This document shows, one piece after another, positions 39,034 through 52,800 of a DNA stretch of 64,000 bases. This DNA is from Ylistrum balloti (lineage: Eukaryota): assembly GCF_031769215.1 (NCBI RefSeq), contig NW_026782152.1, positions 62,001 through 126,000 on the forward strand. Direction: 5' to 3'. The notes beneath the pieces are model-generated. The model saw only the letters and a program-made list of their open reading frames with translations, was not told the DNA's origin and searched no databases. Made by a program: the position numbers and the translations under genes. How positions within the stretch are numbered: position 1 is the first letter of the stretch; each line of letters opens with the position of its first letter.

Positions 39034-39484
39034 GACTTATAGGATCATATTGCTCTTCAACAGTAGGCAGTTTCTGTGAAAAGAAATCATCAATGAATGT
39101 AAAAATAAAGAATACACATTTAACCTTTGTACAAATATGAAGATAGCTCTTTTTATGAAGAAATCTGTATAGATTAATCATGAACAAGAAATGGTCCTAT
39201 AACAATGCTTTCAGATGTTCATATCATTAATATCACAACATCAACTTTCCAATGCATACAGTGAACATAATTATAAGACTTTAGAATACTTTACATATCT
39301 ACTGCACGAATAAATAATATTCATTAATCAACACCATCAAGTCATGCAGAATAACCATCGAGTAATTAAAGAAAGATACACAAAATCGTTTACCAGTTTG
39401 ATGTGAACAGAGGTATATCTCAGTCTGATTATACACAAATGTAGAGAGAGAGAAAATGAATCACTTAACATGACAAACAAATAT

Positions 39485-39525
39485 ATTACTAACGTTTTCA
39501 GGCCTCGCGGCCATCTTCAGGTGAT
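39485..39525 (-). ncRNA. Minimal type I hammerhead ribozyme motif (left pLTR)
   Basis: Minus strand reads ATCAC-CTGAAGA-T-GGCC-GCGA-GGCC-T-GAAA-ACGTTA-GTAAT. This gives the CUGANGA and GAAA core, stem II, and a palindromic AACGTT stem III. Stem I has one mismatch. Confidence 0.7.
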
Positions 39526-39848
39526 TACATTACATGTACACTGTACGTTTCTTAGTAATCTACATTGTGGCGTAATGTTATTGTTATATTAAAAAGGGAG
39601 TTAATAACGTTATTAATTGTGTCCCGACGCAATCTTCAGTGCGTATTTAGGGACGGTTTAAACAGTTTGACCAAAAAATCTTCTTTGATGATTTGTTTTG
39701 ACGTTGTAGATTCTGACATCTTATAGAACGGACATCTGCGGCAAAGGAAACTTTTTGATATACCCGTTCTATAATAACATTACATCACAAAGTTGGTTGC
39801 TAAGTATTTGAATTGAATTGAAGTAACATACTGTGTACATGCAATGTA

Positions 39849-39889
39849 ATCACCTGAAGATGGCCGCGAGGCCTGAAAACATTAGTGAT
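39849..39889 (+). ncRNA. Minimal type I hammerhead ribozyme motif (right, inverted pLTR)
   Basis: Plus strand reads ATCAC-CTGAAGA-T-GGCC-GCGA-GGCC-T-GAAA-ACATTA-GTGAT. Stem I (ATCAC/GTGAT) is perfect, but the stem III palindrome is broken by a G>A change. Confidence 0.7.
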
Positions 39890-40864
39890 ATATTTGTCAT
39901 GTTAAGTGGTTAATTTTTCTCTGTATATACGATACACAAAGTTTTTATCATTTTAAATTATATATATATATATATATATTTATACCATCAATTGAGAAGG
40001 GTTATATAAGCACTGCCTGTTATCAAATCCATTTGTGTATATTTACACAGTAAAATTTGTTGAAATGATATGTCCTCAAATGAGAGCAAAAGTTACAACA
40101 AAATGAAATCGAAACCACCATGTTTACGAATCTAGACATGAGCATTCTACATATCTACATCTTGTATAAAAGAAATAAGAATACATCAAAATGAAGTTAC
40201 AATGGCGACCATGAGAATACTTAACCATAGGTTGGGGAAGCAGGATTGTATCATGAGGTCTACAATATAGGGAAATTAAAATGACAGTCAGCTATATAGT
40301 TAAAAATAAAAAAAAAACTTGACTACAAGTTATCGCTTTATTTAGGTAATTTAATTTCGGTATTGTAACTAGTTTACGTGACAGAAAATATCAACATTCT
40401 TTGAAATTCGAATAACGTTATCCAAAATTTTGATAAATATCACAGGGCTATTGTAAAACACTGGTGTAATTATGCATTTGTTATTCAATCTCTGATACGA
40501 TACGTCCGTCTCGTATGCTTGAAACTTTGTCAACCTTGAGCTGGTTGGTATCAGATTAAATTTATATATCGTTATCAATGTACAAAAGTACATGTGACAA
40601 AGTCTCTGTTTAGTAACATATATATATATATTTATTCTATTCTTGTCAACAACAACATAATAAATAATATTTTAAGCTAAATATTTACTTACTGTATGCT
40701 TCGCATAAACATGAAATATAAGCATAGTATCATAGTACATACCCGCAAGAATATACTTCACAACTTGCTGCCACAAAAATAATATTCAATACGACGAGAG
40801 TTATCTCCCAGTGTAAACACGTTGTAGATGTCGCTATATAATGATCATGTGAACAAATATAAAA

Positions 40865-43800
40865 ATGGCGCTAAAAAGAGAGGCTGCAAGACAGAAATAT
40901 TTGGAGGTTTTCGAATTAGATACAAATGCAACTGATGGTAATCAAGCATACTAATACATGTTTACTTATCTGTGATGATATGTATCTGGGCAATTTACAA
41001 TTCAAAACTCTAATGTCCCTCGCATGGAGTAATGACAACTGATGCGAGAAGTTCATGGTGTTTTACAGTTCATGAAAAAATGTCACAAAATTGCTCCAAA
41101 AGGCTGATCAAAGCCGTCGCTTTTCTCATGTACTTGGTCTATTTTAAATCAGTTCGTTTGGTAAGGAACTCTTTATTCTTATTGATGATTTTTTAAAAGC
41201 AAATAAATGTTTTCTTAGAAAGTATTTTCTAGGAAAAGGTTATACCTCAAAGGGGAGATCACTGCTGTTAGTCTTTCGGCCGGATGCAACGTGACCTTCA
41301 TGTACAGTAATAGTTTAAAATCAAACACACTTTATCATTTTTGGAAAATGATGTACACGTTTAAAGATGCAATTGATTTCAATATTTGCATGACGGAAAA
41401 ACGCATCACATACGTATAATAAAGATTTGTGATATCACTTTGTTTGTAATTTATGTAAGTCGGACAAGCCCCACAACATGAAAGTCGCTAAAATAGATTT
41501 GGGACAACCTTTGGTATGAGATGATGCACTGCAACTGGAATATCAAAAATTTTTGAAATATTTTTGCTTTGTTTGTTTTTTTTTTATTAACTTTACAAAC
41601 CTCTCAAATTCAGCTATATTCTTCGCCATGAGTAAACTGCATGTTATTTTCTAGTGTGTTACAAATAAATGTTTAGAGTTTTCTGACCTGACTTTTTACA
41701 ATTAGCAGATTCACAACACGATCTGCATTCAAGTTTTACATGCTATATTATACACAGTACACAATTGATGTTGGTACCAAATAAAAACCCCAAAACCTCA
41801 TGGGCAGGGTTACTTAATTTGGAGGCATTGATAGAGATTAGGAAAACTAGAATAGTAGTGTAAAACAACCAGGTTATTATGGTGAGTGTTAAATTCCATC
41901 CATGGATTCCCTTGGATGTGTTTTTCCCTCAATGTCACAATACAAATAGCAGTTTGACCTACTTGTACTCTAGCTCTTGGTAGCATTAACTACTTTAATG
42001 AAATACCTAGACATTGCATAACTTTAAATTGAAAAAAGAACTTTGTACAAATTCACACATGCATTCCTAATTTTACTAGGCCTAAGGAAGAGGTCAAGAC
42101 ATGATTTTATTTTCTTTTATATGAACTTATGAGTGCACTTTTTTTATTTCATTTACACGACAACATCCATAAGTTAATGGTCACTGTGATAAACTTTAAT
42201 CTACCTGTGATGATAGAATTTTAATGATATATACTTGTTAGAAGCTTAGAATAAGGGATGAAGCTGACTCAAAGTGATATTGACCCATAACAAAGTCTAT
42301 CATAGTTACTTACTGTATATTTCATGCATACTAAACTTAATGTAACAATGATGCTAGAGAGGCAGTTTCAAGAGTTTTTTTTTTAATTTCACATCATGTG
42401 GCCAAACAACATAATCAAATAACTTTTAGGACAAAGTGGCAAACAAAGACAAAACAGGCGTGATTTACCTAATTACATGCAACAACTGTAGTCACACATT
42501 GGTGAAACTTGATGAAGACTCGTGAAACATCTCTAAAACACATAATCACAATGAAAAACAAATAAAATACCAGGAAGATGTCAGAAACAGAATACAATTA
42601 ATCACAGTGATCACAGACCATGTCAGTATTTACAACTACAGTAAAAGACTGAAAGGGAGAAAGGAGAACTGCCGAACAGAGACGAAGAGGATGCCAGCTA
42701 ACATGTTAACATGGAATAAGGGATGAAACAGATGATATATCAACCCTCTCTTCAGACTGCCTGCAGTAAAGGAAAATAGTTGACTCTACACTTTGTCATT
42801 GCGTCAAGTAGTGAACTGTCATTAAGACTCGGTCATTTGCATTTGTAAAGGAAAGGCTCACAAAGAATAGTTTTTAATCACTGGTTGCCATAAACATTTT
42901 CTAAAATATATTCAAATTACTTGGATAACAATAGACAAAGAAAGATTCTATAAAATTTGTGACCTTGCATTTTTAAATTACAAATGAGTAAAGGGCCCTG
43001 GTTAATATAGGTACTTTGGTCTTAGTATATAGTTTGTCTTCAGCAAGGAACCATGTCTTCAACTCCAGTCAAAACCTGAACATCATCATAATCATTTCAT
43101 TAAGTTTAGTTTTTGTTCATTTTGTTTTTTAACTTTTCAGAAGATATCAAGAAGGCCTACAAACAGTTGGCATTGAAGTACCATCCAGATAAGGTAAACT
43201 TGGAGCGTTTTTTAAGGTTAAACCACAGAATGAGCTTTGAAATATAGAACTACAGAATCTCATAAATGTTCATCGAAGCGATGTTCAAATAAATTTCAGT
43301 TTTCAATGAATTTGTTATTGGACACGACTAAACAATAAACTCCTTTTTTTTTCAGAACCTGAACGACCCAGAAGCAACACAAAAATTTCAAGACATTAGC
43401 AAGGCATATTTAGAACTAACAAGATCTAGTATGTTGTGTATCGTCTCTCTCTTGTTAGATTAAATAGGACTGAGATAGATATTTTTTCATACATTTGTTA
43501 AGATATTAAATACCAATGCAAGTCCAGCCACAATGTATGTTGGAAAAGTTTTCTGTCTGTCTCATGAACAATATTTTGACTTTTTCACTTTATTTGTATT
43601 GGTTATCGTTATCAGATAGCAGGCATATGTGTACACATATTTATTGTCTTTTTTCCATGAGGTTAGACTTACATAATAGGTAGGTCGCATGGTGTGACTT
43701 AGATAATAATTTCTAGTAACAATAATTATGCTATCAAGTTATCCATACAGAATTTGAACTGTGTTTTTTTTTTTTTTAAACAAGATTCTGTGTAACATTT

Positions 43801-46800
43801 ATGTATCTATATTGTAACATGTTTGCTGTTATCTTTAAGTCAGTGTAACTAACTCAATGAATATTTCTAAAAGTTAGTTAATAAGAGATATTTTTAGCTG
43901 GGGCAGGTGAGGGGTGGGGGCGGGCAAAGACTACTAGGATATGTTATCATGATAGGTGAAAAACCTGATGGAAGTAATAACTGGAAAACATGAGATCTGT
44001 TTAGGTCTATCTTCTGTAGAACATGTCACTTGAGGAGAAGACAGATCCCTATTTTTTTAAGGGTTGAGCAATAAACTGTTTTATTTCTGTCAATGCCAAG
44101 GCACAGCGCCAGTCATCCAGCTGTCATCAACGTCAACATTTTCCTTTGAGCAACTTCTCAATTCAAGGTTGCAGAGGTCAAATTTATTAAAACATTGAAA
44201 CGACTTCCTCTTATTAACTGAAAGGCCTGGTGGCATGATATTTGGCTGATAAGTTGCTAGGATAAAGCCCAACAAAAAGTTGGAAAAGAAATGACTTTGA
44301 CCCATATTCAAGGTCACAGGATTAAAGACTTGTTAAAACATTTAAACAACTTCTTATTTAACAAAGGGCATAGAGGTATGTTGTTTGTAGTTTGGTAGGA
44401 AGCCCATAAAGTTTGGGAAAAGAAATTACCTTGACCAATGTTCAAGGTCACAGTCAAATTTGTTTAAACCTTTAAACAACTTCTTCTCATGAACTGAAAG
44501 TCCTAGAAGCATGATGTTTGGTAGGTATCTTCCTACAATGATGTCCAACAGAATTTGTGGAGAGAAATTACCTTGAGCCTTAATAAAGATCAAAGGGTTA
44601 AATTTGTTAAATCCTTAAACCAACTGCTATCGACTAACCAATAGATGTAGAAACACGATATTTGGCTTGTTGGTTCAGGGGATGAAGCATCACAGAAATT
44701 ATCGGAAAAAGGACCTTGACCCATATCCAAGGTTTGTTAAAATAAAATTTGTTAAAACCTTCTAATAACTTCTTATGACTAATCACAAGGCATAAGAGCA
44801 TATTTGCCATATAGGTTTCTTGGATGAAGTCTGAAAAATTTAATCCAGGTCATAATTGTCACTGTTTAGAGTTGGGTGTTGGAAGCTAAAGTGTGTTGTT
44901 GAAATTGGTTAGCATTGATAGGATTGCCCACTTTGAATGTGTGATAAACACTGATTCTATTTTTCATGTTCATTGAATCCTACTTGAGTGATACAGGCCC
45001 ATTGGACCTCTTATTGATTGAATTTATTTTGGAAAATAGTGTCCACAGATCATTTGCTGTTAGGGGCCATATCAAGGGGATTTCTATTTGTAACAATTGC
45101 TTAGATAAGGCTCACTGTCAGAATCTACTGTGAGGGGGCCACAAAAGGGAAAATTCATCTTGATTTATAACTTTTCTATACCTGGCATGTAACTATTAGA
45201 CCAGAAATTAACTAGTCATGGTTTTGTATTGTCAGTTTAATTGGAAGAACTGTGATAATGAAATATTTCTTGACCCTTTGGTGATCTATATGTTTACCTC
45301 TGACATATGATTGCAATTTTAGAACACAGCCAACCAAAAAAAAAGAAAAAAATTGTTAGGGAACAGAAATTAAAGAAGTTAGCAGAAATAAAGAGATGCC
45401 AGAAAGTATCCATTTCTTTACCTGAAGAATGAAATATGAAAATAAGTCCATAAAGTTGATTAAGAAACATTTCAGATATCTGCATGTTATATCTCTCCAT
45501 GTATAAAGCAATAATTACCTGATAGGCTCTAGTAGGTGCGGGTATTGTTGCTTGCCAATAGCCCACCATCTATGTGGCCATTGGTCTATTGTTTTAGGTA
45601 ATTTTCTGGCTACCCTTACAAAGTTTGAACCATGTTCCTTATTGAACAAGATTCCTTTGTTTAACATTCATGTTCTTCATGATGTTATACAAATATATAA
45701 CTTTTAAGGCCAAAATCATATCAACTAAAACCATTGAAGCCATTCACCATTCTGGGTTTTCCATAAGAGCCGGTCACCGGCCAATTTGACCGGCTACTTT
45801 GATCATTTGGCCACCTACACCAATCCAGTTTCGTAATGATGTTCCATACACAACTACACGTACGCGGCAGGCCAGCCTCCTACTTTCACTACACAGCCTA
45901 CTACTAACAAAATTATGGGAAACCCTGCCATTGGCAGATACCTGATTTTTTACTCAAAAATTCATATGCTTTTGGTACAAATTACCACAAAGCAATGCCT
46001 GACCAAATTGCTATTGAATATATAACTCTAACCAATCTGTCAAATAAAATATTCTATTGTTATATCTACTCTATAATGACTAATTATGTTTTGTGTTTGA
46101 CCAAAGTTACTGTTTTTCATAGAAGGATTACAAAAATCAGATTTTTGTCTCCAAATGTATAAAGTAGATAAGGCTGAATAAATGCATCGTATAGGTTTAG
46201 GCCAGTTTAGGTCATTTGGTACCTTAATACTTCTTCATTTATTGTAAATCTTTTCTTACTCTCTAGATGTCCTGATCAAATCAATAATGGAATGATTTCA
46301 TGATCAGAATAAAAGCTTTAAATGAAAATTCCTTCATTTGTATTGGTACAGATTTCTCATGTGTTCATTTCTATCAGGGGAGGCGATTTGTACCCAGTGT
46401 GGCTGTGGATGTGATTTTGAGGTCAGTGATGATGATGATGATGACGGTGATTATGAGGATGAAGAGGATTGGTACTATGAAAGTGATAGTGAAGAAATGG
46501 ATGATAATGTAAGAGACTAAAAATCTTACAGGAGTTTTATAATCCCCTCCCCCGATCGGAGATCGAAAGGGGGATATCGTAATGCCACTGTCAGTCTGTC
46601 CGTAAAAGCATTTCTCGACAATAACTTAAGTTCCCTTAGACCAATCGAACTCAAGACTTTACACACTGCTTTTCTTGAATGAGATTGTTGGTTACTTTTG
46701 GTTTGCCTTTTAAGTTGAAATGTCAATTTAGAACAAGAAGTGAAAAATTAATTTTGCAAAAATAATGATAAAAAATGCTTTGCAATAACTCTGGTTTCCC

Positions 46801-49800
46801 TGGACTGATTAGTTTCAAAAATTAGGAAACAGTCCCTGAACTATAAACCCATCAAAGAGTAAAGTATCGTTTAGCAATACCTTGTTAAACTTTGTCTTTA
46901 TGGAGCATTGTTTGTGATAAACCTTTGAATGATTGATCATATTCTTCACAATAAACTGAAGTTTTATACAGCCAGCAGTATGTCAGTATTAACAGGATGT
47001 AATCATTTATGCAAACACAAAAAGACAAATAACAGCATATTATTTGTTTGCAGGTCTTTTACTTTGGGAGAATATTTATGGACGTATTTTCAGAGTTCAT
47101 TTTTAAAAGAAGTAAGTATGAGTTAACTAAATAGTATATTGGTTATAGAAGAAAGTCATGTTTGAACAAGCTTTGTTTGATTTATATTGTAGAATGAATA
47201 ATAAGTACTGTATGACACATTAACCCAGGTCAACATGACTATTTGACTGAGGTTAAAAACCATTTTCACCTTTGATCACAGATGTAGAGAGTAGCTTTCT
47301 TGATATACTGTATAACCAATACTTTTCATGTGCATGCAGTTTTCACTCTGATTGTGAAAAATTCTTAAAGGGAACATAGAAATTTTAAATAGAGAAATCA
47401 TTGTCGGACATGTGTACTTTTGTGATCCATTGAATATACTATGATATGTTTTCTGTTTAAAACAATTACAGGATTCCAAACAAGAAAAAGACCCCCGAAT
47501 CAGAGATATACGGAAGAGGAACAGGAGGAGGACATTTTCTTTGATTTTATCTTCAGGGTACGGTAGACATCTTTACTGGAAAATTTAGTTTATCACTTAT
47601 AATGCAACTCTAGACAATATTCTGGGGGGAAGGGGAGGGGATGTCAATCTTTCTACCCTTAGAATTACAAAATCTACTGTTGTTCTCACAGAGATACAAT
47701 GTCATGTTTTTAATCTGACTTGTTTCAGTAATATATCATTAAAGTCAACAAACCATAAAGGAAAACCGCTTTAAAAATGTTAAAATAGATAATTGATTGA
47801 TATGGTGTTATCTGGAATAGACAATATACAGTGCCTTAGCATGGTTTGATTCAAGGAGCCTGTATAGAAAAGTTTTAATGTAATATCTGCTTTGCACATA
47901 CAAGTTTAGGACATGTACTGTTAATAGGTCATTAATTCTTCGTAGCGTTTTCTGTTTTATAGAAATACAGGACACCAGATGACAGTGACTATGAGCTGAG
48001 GGAAGATGATGTAAGTTTATTTTTACACTGACAGACATTTCATTGATTTATTGATTAAATATATATTTTGAAATTCATCTCAAAATGTTTTGAAGATGTA
48101 GTGAGCTTGCACTCTCCACACAGAGTTAGGAAAGGTAGTTAGGATCAACACCGATGTTATAATAGCACATTTATGAAATTTTCTATGGATGATACAATTT
48201 GACTTTTTGGTCTCCTCTTCCAAGATTGGGGAGGATGCTTATGTTGGTATGAGTATTCATGTCAACATCAGGTGGTTTTGGTTAATGTTTTGATGCAAGT
48301 GTTGTCTGACTTTAATAAATAAAAAGTATATAAAAGCATTATTTGTAATAACCTAAATATTTTAGTATATCACTTGCATTTTGCACATGTCTGCTAACAC
48401 TTACACTTAAAGAAAACCCAACATTGATGCTGTTTAGGAGAGATGGGGACTTTCTTAATAAACTCTCTAGCTTTCAAAAATTTTATTGGATTTTTCTCAA
48501 AAATTTTTGATTTTTTTTTTCTCTTTTTTTTTTTTTTTAAGTTTAGAAATTACTATTTCCATATGTAAATGTACTTATAACTTCAGCTGAAGAAATTTCA
48601 CTCTTATGAAGATTGGATCAAGTCAAGGGATCCAAAGAAAAGACACAATCATCGCATGCGGGTAAGACATAATATTGATGATTAACAGTCATATTTCATT
48701 GAGTGGGTGGGAACTTAGATTTTTCACAAGCATGCAGCACGAGTGAAAAATCCAGTAGTTTCACATTGAAGACAGCTCGTCAAATAATTCAAAGTGAAGT
48801 ACATAAATACAACACATATATCACTTCTCAGATTGGCTAGGATCAATGTAATACAGTATTCACAATCTCTACCAGACATGTCATTCTTTATGTTATCCTA
48901 TTTCACTCCAGGAGATATTGATATTTTCACTACAGATACTGTGATCTGATTTTCAGAAATGAGGGGAAATATTTCACTTGTTAACACTGAGGTTTTCACT
49001 AAAACAATTATATATTTCATCACACAAAATGTAATGAAATTGTTTTCATGTAGATCTTTAGATATTTGTTCATAGACTGAACACATGGCCTATTTTGTTT
49101 GCTCTATTTTGAAAACAGTTTGGACGAGTAGAATTGTAGTCAGCAGTCTTCACTACTGTATACTCTTTCACTCCTTTTGAAACTGGTTTTGTTTTGCTGT
49201 GTTTTCACTGGTACAAAGACATCATATAAAGGATTGTCACTGATACTGGGATACTGGGAGAGCATGTTTCCATATTCAGTTCTATTTTTCAGTCATTTAC
49301 TTTTCTTGTGATAAATAAACTTGGATATCTATTGGTTTATCTGAGAACATTTGTATTGCAGAAGGCCAAAAAGAAAGCCAATAGTAAAATGCCCGGAGAG
49401 AAACCAAAATCTGTCTCAAAGAAGCAGCTGCTAGCTGAACAGCGCCGAAGAGAAAAGGTGACTCCCATAGTGTTAAGAATCTATTTTGACCCTGTCACTA
49501 AATCAGCAAAATACATTGAAAAAAAAACATCAAATACATTTAAAATGTTATATATATATTAAAGAAAAGAATGTCTGGAGATATGATATGAATCATTCCT
49601 GAAAGACATTGGTTACACCTACTCGGTAAAGAAAAGCACAAGTCTAGATTGAAAATGAGTGTTGATATTCCTATTTAAAAAAAAAAAAAAACAAGATAAA
49701 ACTTAAAAATCCCAGTCCTTCTTGTTGGACCATTCAAGAAATTCCACTAAGGTTATCCTGGGTCTCCCTTTCTTGATATTGTCTACGACACACTTGGGCA

Positions 49801-52800
49801 AGGAAAACTGATACCCAATGATTGTATCTTGTTGAGACCCAGTAAGGCAAATGAGGAATATGTTGGACGCATACTGTGCAGTTATTAAAAAAATAAGGTT
49901 CTTAGAATTCTTACAAAAGATTATCGGTTTGAAAGATTCTAGAAAGAAGATTTCGCCATTGTATGAGAAAACAATGGAGGCCTAATGGAAAAATTAAAAG
50001 AAATATTTAAATAGCTGCTTCTTCATAGTACGGCTAAATTCATCATGTTTTTTGGTGATCTCCTATGTTTGTGATTAGGTATATGAATAAGTGGTGGTCA
50101 TAGATGGTCTATTGCATTCTTCATATACATGTACCAAAAAGACATATTTTACATTAAAACTTAAGCCATGTTTGCTTTTCTTATTTTACAGGAAATGAAA
50201 GAAATTGGTGAAAACATACAGTCCAAAATACAACAAGGTAGCAAAAATTCTAAGAAGGCTCATCATGGAGGAGATCAGTGGTAATTGTAATACAATATAC
50301 AATGTAATACTAATTTATGATATAAGGCATCAAATCTTAAATACTCTCTACATTTTTGTTTATTAAAACAAGTGTCAAATTTATTAAAATTTCAAAAATC
50401 ATCTTCTGAAAACCCAGGTATGATCAAATCAGATGTTAAGTTAAATAAGTTACAATGCTAAAGTAGGTTCTTCTGTAATTATAAACCTATCAAAAAGTAA
50501 AGACTATGTAATGAACAGTTTTAGTGCTTTCAAAATTTGTATCCTAGGTAACACCATAGATTTATTGAAGGAATATTGAGATCTGCATAAATGTCACCAT
50601 TGTCATGAAACTTTCATATGTGTTCACAAATAACATTTTTTGTTGAAATATTGTCTGTTAACATCTAGAAACATGAATGTCTCTCGTATTGTCAAGAAAG
50701 CATTTCTAATCACTTTAATTGCAAGGATATTAGCTTTGTCTGCCATGCATTGTTTATGACTGTGTTTATTGTGTTCCTTAAAATCTGTTATATACTATAG
50801 GGAGGAGAATAGGGCTCTGAAGGAGATGGAGATGATACAAGATGAGAGTAGGAAAAGAGAAATAGAGATTGAAAAACAACAGAAGAAGTATGAAGCCCAA
50901 GAGAGATTGAAAGAGAAACGAAAAAAGAAAAAAGAAATGAAGGAAATGGTAAAACTAGTGTATATCAATCTAAGCTGATTATTTAACTACCTAAGACCAG
51001 AAACTTTGTGGAATATTTTCAATACCTATTTGAAGATCTAATAATTCTTTTGATGGAAGTCTTGGTATAGGATGTTCAGTGAAACAAAAAAAATTTATCC
51101 TCCTTTCACAATTGTAATTTGTAAAGCATTCTTCTGGTAAAATTATCAACTATTTGATACACAATTTTCCAATTTGAAATGTACTAGTATAATTTCTTTT
51201 CCATTTTATATGTTTTATACAAAATATATCAATACCAAAATGTTGGTGATTTAACATACAATGGAATTTCTTAAAAGTAGAATAGAATTGATTTGACAAG
51301 CAGCAGAATAATAGAGTTTAGCCTGTCACTTTATAAAATGAGGTTTTCTGGGTTAAATTCAGAAAAAGCAAGTTCAGAGTGAGGCCAGAAAAAAACTACA
51401 GGACCAGGAGGACTTGAAACCTGTGATAGAGGATGTAGACCAAACTGACATTGTACAGCAGTATATAGACAAACAAAACCGTCTGTTTGGGAACAAAGCC
51501 AGTGATAACCAGCGGATAGACAACCAAGAACTCTTCCCAATGGTCAGAACTTGCACATATTTATATGGAAATGTCTTGTTTAAATTTCATTATTGATTTT
51601 GTTAAATGATTTCACTGTTTTGTTTTAAAAAGTTCCCTTTCTAAGGAATATTACTATACAAGTGTGTTTCCTTTCATTTTCATTAGTATGAAAGTATTTG
51701 CATGGAAGCAGAAGAGCTACAATTTAGAATAGTATAACAGAAAAGTACTACAATTTAGACATAAAATGGAAGGTAAATATGTAAATCAATACACTAAACT
51801 GAGTTTTAGGTTCCAGAGACACTTATTAGAATATACATATTATTAAAAGGTTTAATATGAAACTGTAATATAATATTTAGTAGATAAGTGAAGGAGATTG
51901 ACATCACTAAGATATGGCAAATGTTTTATGCATACAAAATATAAAGACCAGCATTATATCTCAAAATGTATAATTTTCTTCGTCACAGGGAAATATGCGA
52001 GGAGATGATGTCTATAGAGAAAGAGACATGAAATCTGGACTCCTGAAACAATATCTCTTCAATGAAGACAACAACAATAACACAACTAATACTTCTTCAG
52101 AGAGCGTGAAAAGGGGAGATAATTCGAGTCTCTTGGACCACCACTTAAAACAGTACAAGGAGTTGATGAAGGTTTATATGTTGCTCTTCATTTCTATCTT
52201 ATATCTATTGAATTTCGTCAGGTCATCTTTTATCTGAGATTTCATTAGAGAGAGGGGGTATAAAGAGTATTCAGATTTACCACATGAAATTGCACACCTT
52301 GTCAAACTACAGTGATCATTTGTCAAGTTTAAAAGATCAACAATTACATGTGATGACATCTGCAATTTCATCAAACAATGATAGTTATAAGCATTGAGCC
52401 ATCCAAGTCTTACATTTTCTTGTTATTTCATGGAACATATTTGAGAAGTATGTCGACTACACATGTGGGCCCTCTTGGTGTGCATGTTTATTGTACATTG
52501 TAGATTATGTCATTCTTTTGTGTGCAGAGCAGCATATTGCCTCTTCGTGTATTTGTTGATACTAAAATCCTTAAAGGAATTCTTCTCAGTAACCAAAAAG
52601 CAGAGTGTGCTGATATAGGGCCTCTAGCATGATGGGAGGAAGAGCTAAAAGTTATTTCAAATGAATGACCTTGACCCACTTTCAAGGTCAAAGGGGTGAA
52701 TATGTTAAAGTCTTTAAACAACTTATTCTCAATAACCAAAAGGCCCAGGTTGCTGATATTAGGCTTGTAACATGCTTGGGTGTAAGGCTACCTTGTCTCT

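Larger units (their letters stand above)
39449..39922 (-). mobile_element. 5'-truncated Penelope-like retroelement with inverted pseudo-LTRs
   Basis: Inverted arms of about 140-150 bp (39449-39588 and 39770-39922). The spacer encodes, on the minus strand (39734-39636), CPFYKMSESTTSKQIIKEDFLVKLFKPSLNTH-stop, which matches the GIY-YIG endonuclease C-terminus (PFYK...KE..F...FKP.LN). A sense pLTR after the ORF plus an inverted copy at the truncated end is the classic Penelope structure. Confidence 0.85.

Noticed and set aside
50774-50781. TTCCTTAA branch-like motif before DnaJ exon 10 (also TACCTTAAT at 24521-24529 in VASH)
   Set aside because: The corresponding donors (gtaatt, gtacat) are U2-type, so these are not called U12 introns.
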